This document shows, piece by piece, positions 34,408 through 38,121 of a stretch of 38,121 nt of DNA. The position numbers and the translations under genes are program-made. Under the pieces are notes generated by a model. The model saw only the letters and a program-made list of their open reading frames with translations. It ran no database searches and had not been told where the DNA came from. This DNA comes from a virus. Taxonomy: Duplodnaviria; Caudoviricetes. Numbering within the stretch: position 1 is the first letter of the stretch; every line of letters starts with the position of its first letter. Location of the stretch: the IMG/VR virus record IMGVR_UViG_3300034019_000289, positions 1-38,121 of that record, one strand, 5' to 3'.

Positions 34408-34481
34408 TACTCACACCCGCTGGCGAGAATCGCAATCAGCACAAACACCGCCGCAAGAATCAGGTTCACTCGGATGTTTAT
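34407..34481 (-). pseudogene. Lipoprotein signal-peptide minigene or remnant (INIRVNLILAAVFVLIAILASGCE*)
   Basis: Hydrophobic run ending in a LASG-C lipobox followed by E and TAG. GGAG lies 5 nt before an ATA at 34481, and there is an in-frame GTG at 34469. Confidence 0.35.
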
Positions 34482-34492
34482 TCGCGCTCCCC

Positions 34493-34756
34493 TTATTGGT
34501 CTGCTCTGCGCTTCGGCATGTCGTGCTGAATGTCCTTAGCGATATCGCTCAATTTGTCCAGCTTTTTATTCATTTGCTGGAACTCCTCTTTCAACTGCTT
34601 GAACTCGTTCTGGTGGTGGGTGGAATCGTTACCCATCAAGGCCACCGTCCTGTCGGTTTTCCAAACCCAAGCAAGTGCTGCCGTACCAGCCGCCACGGCA
34701 TACGCCGCCGCTATGTTCACAATAAGGTCGAAGCTGCCCGATTCTGGTGTCGGCAT
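34493..34756 (-). CDS. Single-TM coiled-coil membrane protein (holin/spanin-like), 87 aa
   Basis: LIVNIAAAYAVAAGTAALAWVWK transmembrane segment then a heptad coiled coil. Start ATG 34756 lies just after the upstream stop. Confidence 0.55.
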   Translation of the reverse strand: MPTPESGSFDLIVNIAAAYAVAAGTAALAWVWKTDRTVALMGNDSTHHQNEFKQLKEEFQQMNKKLDKLSDIAKDIQHDMPKRRADQ

Positions 34757-34757
34757 A

Positions 34758-35177
34758 TTAGAAAGGCTTTGCGCCGGTTCGTGGGCGGACATTCAACCGA
34801 TTCTCCTTGCGCTTCTGCACAACAGCTTCAATTTTCTCGGTCAGCTTAGGGTCGCTGGTGATTGCCTTTGCCACGCTCGGGAAGTGGGAAGGGGTAGTTG
34901 AGTCGATGAAATCGGCTCTGCTGATGATCTGCTCCTTCGCCAACTCCATAACCTTCTTGGCTTGGTGATTGGTCAGGTCGTACCCACCACCCGCGTCCTT
35001 GTTGGCCTGCTTCAGGTTAGCAACATGGGTTTTCGCCAAGTGCTCGACCACGGCAGTAATTATCTCAAGCCCCTTGCGGACAAGCCACCGCTGGCGAGCG
35101 TACCAGCCGGTTCCAGTAACAGCACCAAGCACAGCCAACGCTACGGCTACACCAATTTCGGTGTATTCCTCGTTCAT
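34758..35177 (-). CDS. N-terminal TM protein, holin candidate, 139 aa
   Basis: IGVAVALAVLGAVTGTGWY transmembrane segment, then AVVE...K...A...I...IEAVVQ helical pattern reminiscent of LL-H-type holins. Confidence 0.5.
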   Translation of the reverse strand: MNEEYTEIGVAVALAVLGAVTGTGWYARQRWLVRKGLEIITAVVEHLAKTHVANLKQANKDAGGGYDLTNHQAKKVMELAKEQIISRADFIDSTTPSHFPSVAKAITSDPKLTEKIEAVVQKRKENRLNVRPRTGAKPF

Positions 35178-35305
35178 GCCCCCAACCCTAGTAGTTGAAG
35201 CAGCAGCGTCAGAAACGTCTGGAACAAGCCGCTTGCGCCAAGGGTGAAGAAGACATCGAAGATTGTGCTAAGGATTCCCAGCACGTCAGGTGTGATTGCA
35301 TCCAC
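35174..35305 (-). CDS. 43-aa hydrophobic membrane peptide (MDAITPDVLGILSTIFDVFFTLGASGLFQTFLTLLLQLLGLGA; not in ORF track)
   Basis: GTG 35305 with AAGGAG 8 nt upstream; ATGA overlap with the next gene; first ORF after the promoter. Confidence 0.7.
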   Translation of the reverse strand: MDAITPDVLGILSTIFDVFFTLGASGLFQTFLTLLLQLLGLGA

Positions 35306-35354
35306 AGCACGATCTCCTTGTTCAACCGGGGCTACCCCGCCTCATATGAGGCAT

Positions 35355-35383
35355 GTTATACCCCATAAGGGGTGGCATGTCAA
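35355..35383 (-). promoter_or_regulatory. Sigma70-type promoter for the lysis/morphogenesis operon
   Basis: TTGACA (35383-35378), 17-nt spacer and TATAAC (35360-35355), in the gap after dnaB. Confidence 0.8.
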
Positions 35384-35402
35384 CACAATACCACAGGGGG
35401 GG

Positions 35403-36845
35403 TCAAAATGCCATGTCGTCCTGCTCGTCGTAGGTATCAGCGATGTTGGGGTCAGGGGTGTATTTGTCGTGCGGCGGGGTATCGGGCCGTTCCACATCGT
35501 TGACGGTATCGAAGTAGGACTGGGTGGATTTGTCGAACCATCGGGTGAATCGGCCTGTTGGGCCGTTGCGGTGCTTGGCGACATGGAAGATGATTGGGAA
35601 TCCTTGGTCGGTTTCGCCACCTTTTTCGCGGTGAAGCAGGCCAACAACATCGGCATCCTGCTCGATTGCGCCAGTTTCGCGGAGGTTGGACAGCTTCGGC
35701 TCGTCTGTGTCACCTTCCCGGTTGAGTTGGGCAAGGGCGATGACGGGCTGGTGGAGTTCTCGGGCTAACCCCTTGAGAGTGCGGGAGATGTTGGAAACCT
35801 GCTCGTGGCGGGGATCGCGGGAGTTTGCAGGCGCGACAAGCTGAAGGTAGTCGATGATGATCATAATCCGCTTGCCAGCGTGCTTTGCTGCGAATTTGCG
35901 TGCGCGGCTGCGAATATCAAGGATTGAGATGCTTGGTTTGTCGATGATGGTCAGGTTCCAAGCCTTTGAGGCATCTCGGGCTGCACGGAGTTTGTCCAAT
36001 TCTCGGTGGGGCTGGAATCCTTGGTAGATTCGGAACTTGTCTACGCCGTGGGTTGACGCGGCTACGCGCATCATTAGGGACTCTTCGCTCATTTCCAGCG
36101 AGAATACGAGGGTGGGAACGTCTAATTTCAAGGCGGCGTGGGTGGCGCATGACAGGGCGAACGCGGTTTTGCCTACACTTGGGCGGGCTGCGATGACAAT
36201 GAAGTCGCTAGGCTGGAAGCCGGATAGCAGGTTGTCCAGCTTTTGATGACCCGATAGAACACCCTCAGAGCCTCTACCAGACGTGATAGCCTTCTCGGTG
36301 GTTTCGTATACCCTCGATAGCACCTCAAACGCCGTGGTGGGGCTTGTGGCTTTACTGTCGGCGGTCATAGCGAACAGTTCAGACTCCGCTTTACCTAACA
36401 ACTCCATTGGCGGGGTTTCGGCTGCATAGGCTTCGGAGACTAGCCGGGTTCCGGTGGCGATGATGTTTCGGAGAATCGCGGCATCCAGCACAATCCGAGC
36501 GTAAACCTCCACATTGGCCGATGTGGGGACAGCGCGGGTCAACTCCGCAAGGTACATGGCCCCGCCTGCGGCTTCCAGCTTGCCGGTATCGGTCAAGGCA
36601 CGAATAAGAGTTATCGCGTCTATTGGCTGGTTGGCCCCGAACAGGCTCACCATCGCGTCATAGACCAACCCGTTCGGTGGGTGGTAGAACACCGCTTCGC
36701 CGGAATCTCGGAGTATTTCGATTGCAGCACCTACGGCTGCTGGGTTCAGGAGCATGGCCCCCAAGACGCTGCGCTCTGCCTCGACGTTTTGCGGGGGGGT
36801 GCGGTCGAATACGCCGCGTTGATAGGCTGAACGTGTTCCGATCAT
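35403..36845 (-). CDS. dnaB: Replicative DNA helicase, DnaB family
   Basis: PPQNVEAERSVLGAML, AARPSVGKT (Walker A), FSLEMS, IIDYLQL, LAQLNR, LRETGAIEQDADVV and KHRNGPTG. Start likely ATG 36845 (ATGA overlap); 36854 is possible. Confidence 0.96.
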   Translation of the reverse strand: MIGTRSAYQRGVFDRTPPQNVEAERSVLGAMLLNPAAVGAAIEILRDSGEAVFYHPPNGLVYDAMVSLFGANQPIDAITLIRALTDTGKLEAAGGAMYLAELTRAVPTSANVEVYARIVLDAAILRNIIATGTRLVSEAYAAETPPMELLGKAESELFAMTADSKATSPTTAFEVLSRVYETTEKAITSGRGSEGVLSGHQKLDNLLSGFQPSDFIVIAARPSVGKTAFALSCATHAALKLDVPTLVFSLEMSEESLMMRVAASTHGVDKFRIYQGFQPHRELDKLRAARDASKAWNLTIIDKPSISILDIRSRARKFAAKHAGKRIMIIIDYLQLVAPANSRDPRHEQVSNISRTLKGLARELHQPVIALAQLNREGDTDEPKLSNLRETGAIEQDADVVGLLHREKGGETDQGFPIIFHVAKHRNGPTGRFTRWFDKSTQSYFDTVNDVERPDTPPHDKYTPDPNIADTYDEQDDMAF

Positions 36846-37915
36846 GATATGCACTCCATGTACGCGCCTATGAATTCCGCCGCGACTTGCGGGACTATCG
36901 CGTTGCCGTATCCCTTCAACCGCATTACCCGCGCTTCGCTCGTTGCTTGAGCATACGACTCGCTGATATTGCAGCTTGGCACCACGCCACGGGGTAGCCC
37001 ATCAACCAGCGGGAATGTGCCGGATTCAACGCGCCGCGCTTTTCCGTCGAGGAAGGGGAGGATGTCGAAGTCGCTCCAAGCCCCAACCCCATCTTCATTT
37101 CGGTTGCGAGATTGGTTTGCAGGATGCGCCCGGTTTTCTTGTTCCGCCACTTCGCGCCATGCCGTTCCAAGTCCTCGCTGATCTCTCCCGCCGATGATGA
37201 GCAACTCGGCGTTGGATACCCCACCATCGCACACTGGCGAGGTACTGTATCGTTCCGTTCCTTCCCGTCCTTCCGAAAACGTGAGTTCTCCAGGTCGCCC
37301 GTATCCTTGTGGTCCCGTGTGGACGGAGTTGCAAAGCCCACCACCAGCTTGCACTGGCTGCCTAACATGGCCTGCATCTTCGTGCCCGGATTGCCCGCTG
37401 CATCTTCGTTGGCCGATGGAGTCAGCCACCCAGTACAACCGCTGCCGGATGTGGGGTGCGCCCGCGCTGTGTGCGCCCAGTACAGCCGCCCCGCAGGTGT
37501 AGCCTTCTCCTTCCAAGTCTCCGAATACTCCATCGAGCCACCCGTGCCCAACCGCTCCTTCAACCTGCTCGCCAATGATTGCGTCAGGGCGACACTCTCG
37601 AATGAGCCGAAACATTTCAGGCCAGACGTGCCTATCGTCAGCCCCGCCTTTTTGCTTCCCCGCTGCGCTGAAAGGCTGGCAAGGGCAAGAGCCTGTCCAA
37701 ACAGGTCGATCTCGGGGCCATCCGGCAAGGTCGAGGGCGAGGGGCCAGCCACCGATTCCGGCGAAGAAATGGCATTGGGTGTACCCGGCAAGGTCGGAGG
37801 GTTGGACATCGGCTATGCTCCTTGTGTCGATGTGGCCGTCAGGAATAAGTTTCTGGTTGATAAGTTCTTGCAGCCACGCCGCCGTGGGCTTGTCCCATTC
37901 GTTGTAGTAGTTCAT
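36842..37915 (-). CDS. DNA (cytosine-5) methyltransferase, large/alpha polypeptide
   Basis: Motif I FFAGIGG, motif IV GSCPCQPFS, motif VI EQV, motif VIII PHIRQRLYWV and motif X LKGYGNAIVPQVA. Confidence 0.92.
   Translation of the reverse strand: MNYYNEWDKPTAAWLQELINQKLIPDGHIDTRSIADVQPSDLAGYTQCHFFAGIGGWPLALDLAGWPRDRPVWTGSCPCQPFSAAGKQKGGADDRHVWPEMFRLIRECRPDAIIGEQVEGAVGHGWLDGVFGDLEGEGYTCGAAVLGAHSAGAPHIRQRLYWVADSIGQRRCSGQSGHEDAGHVRQPVQAGGGLCNSVHTGPQGYGRPGELTFSEGREGTERYSTSPVCDGGVSNAELLIIGGRDQRGLGTAWREVAEQENRAHPANQSRNRNEDGVGAWSDFDILPFLDGKARRVESGTFPLVDGLPRGVVPSCNISESYAQATSEARVMRLKGYGNAIVPQVAAEFIGAYMECIS
36925..37809 (-). CDS. Overprinted +1-frame ORF inside the MTase, probable second (beta) subunit, 294 aa
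   Basis: ATG 37809 preceded by AAGGAG at 8 nt spacing; three G[W/F/Y]xTPS modules; C-terminal LNPAHSRWLMGYPVAW resembles C5-MTase motif IX. Confidence 0.7.
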   Translation of the reverse strand: MSNPPTLPGTPNAISSPESVAGPSPSTLPDGPEIDLFGQALALASLSAQRGSKKAGLTIGTSGLKCFGSFESVALTQSLASRLKERLGTGGSMEYSETWKEKATPAGRLYWAHTARAHPTSGSGCTGWLTPSANEDAAGNPGTKMQAMLGSQCKLVVGFATPSTRDHKDTGDLENSRFRKDGKERNDTVPRQCAMVGYPTPSCSSSAGEISEDLERHGAKWRNKKTGRILQTNLATEMKMGLGLGATSTSSPSSTEKRGALNPAHSRWLMGYPVAWCQAAISASRMLKQRAKRG

Positions 37916-38121
37916 GTTCTAAGCCCTAGCCTGCGTTGAACGTCTTCAGGGGTTTCGGGGCGGGTTACACCAGCCGGTAATGCGGCCCGGTTGCTGTTGA
38001 TAGCGTTTTGCAGCCAAGTGTTCAGGAATCTGGTCATGCCTTTGGTCGTCTTTCTACGAACAGGGTTGTCAATCAGCCATTGCTTGGCCTTGATTAGCTC
38101 GCTGCGAACATCGCATTGCTG
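37912..38121 (-). CDS. C-terminal fragment of a phage replication-initiator-like protein (5' end outside the window)
   Basis: Manual translation QQCDVRSELIKAKQWLIDNPVRRKTTKGMTRFLNTWLQNA...RLGLRT*. The DV..EL.K...WL..NP...F...WL pattern resembles initiator C-terminal domains; ATGA overlap with the MTase start. Confidence 0.6.
   Translation of the reverse strand, partial: QQCDVRSELIKAKQWLIDNPVRRKTTKGMTRFLNTWLQNAINSNRAALPAGVTRPETPEDVQRRLGLRT

Larger units (their letters stand above)
1..38121 (-). mobile_element. Tailed dsDNA phage/prophage segment (podovirus-like morphogenesis module plus lysis and part of the replication module)
   Basis: TerL, portal, scaffold, major capsid, adaptor, nozzle-like, ejection-like and giant SLT-containing genes are co-oriented. 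No tape measure, tail tube or sheath gene is recognisable, and there are no host housekeeping genes or att site in the window. Confidence 0.96.

Noticed and set aside
35342-35734. 130-aa same-strand alternative-frame ORF over the end of dnaB
   Set aside because: Its S/T/P-rich composition is typical of off-frame reading, it has no motif, and it runs through the promoter.
37112-37939. 275-aa plus-strand ORF over the methyltransferase, suggesting a third overlapping gene
   Set aside because: It is the in-register antisense of the alpha frame with no motifs, unlike the same-strand +1 ORF, which has an SD and a motif-IX-like segment.
1-38121. Stop-codon reassignment, DGR, CRISPR array, tRNA, intron or intein
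   Set aside because: TAA, TAG and TGA all end genes at tight junctions. I saw no reverse transcriptase, template/variable repeat pair, spaced repeat array or cloverleaf, and TerL and DnaB are normal length. This was checked by eye only.

Overview
The whole window is a slice of a tailed dsDNA phage or prophage with podovirus-like gene content, and every credible gene is on the minus strand, tightly coupled by ATGA/TAATG/TGATG overlaps. Read in the direction of transcription (38121 to 1), it starts with the end of a replication-initiator-like gene, a C5 DNA methyltransferase with a second ORF overprinted inside it, and a DnaB helicase. A near-consensus sigma70 promoter follows, then a lysis region (small membrane proteins, M15-type endolysin), an HTH/terminase-small-like gene and decoration/fibre-like genes. 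After an intrinsic terminator come TerL, portal, scaffold, two accessory capsid genes, major capsid protein, head-tail adaptor and three paralogous tail nozzle-like genes. The window ends with a GNAT, three ejection-like proteins, a 3207-aa polyvalent virion protein (SLT, HExxH zincin and other modules) and a zincin / Nmad1-like / metallophosphoesterase trio. The strongest leads are: (1) a +1-frame ORF inside the methyltransferase with its own Shine-Dalgarno, a motif-IX-like segment and three tandem modules that may be target-recognition units; (2) the triplicated nozzle gene; (3) a related carbohydrate-binding-like beta-sandwich found in four virion proteins. I saw no tRNA, rRNA, CRISPR array, integrase or reverse transcriptase. 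All family assignments come from motif recognition by eye, with no database searches.
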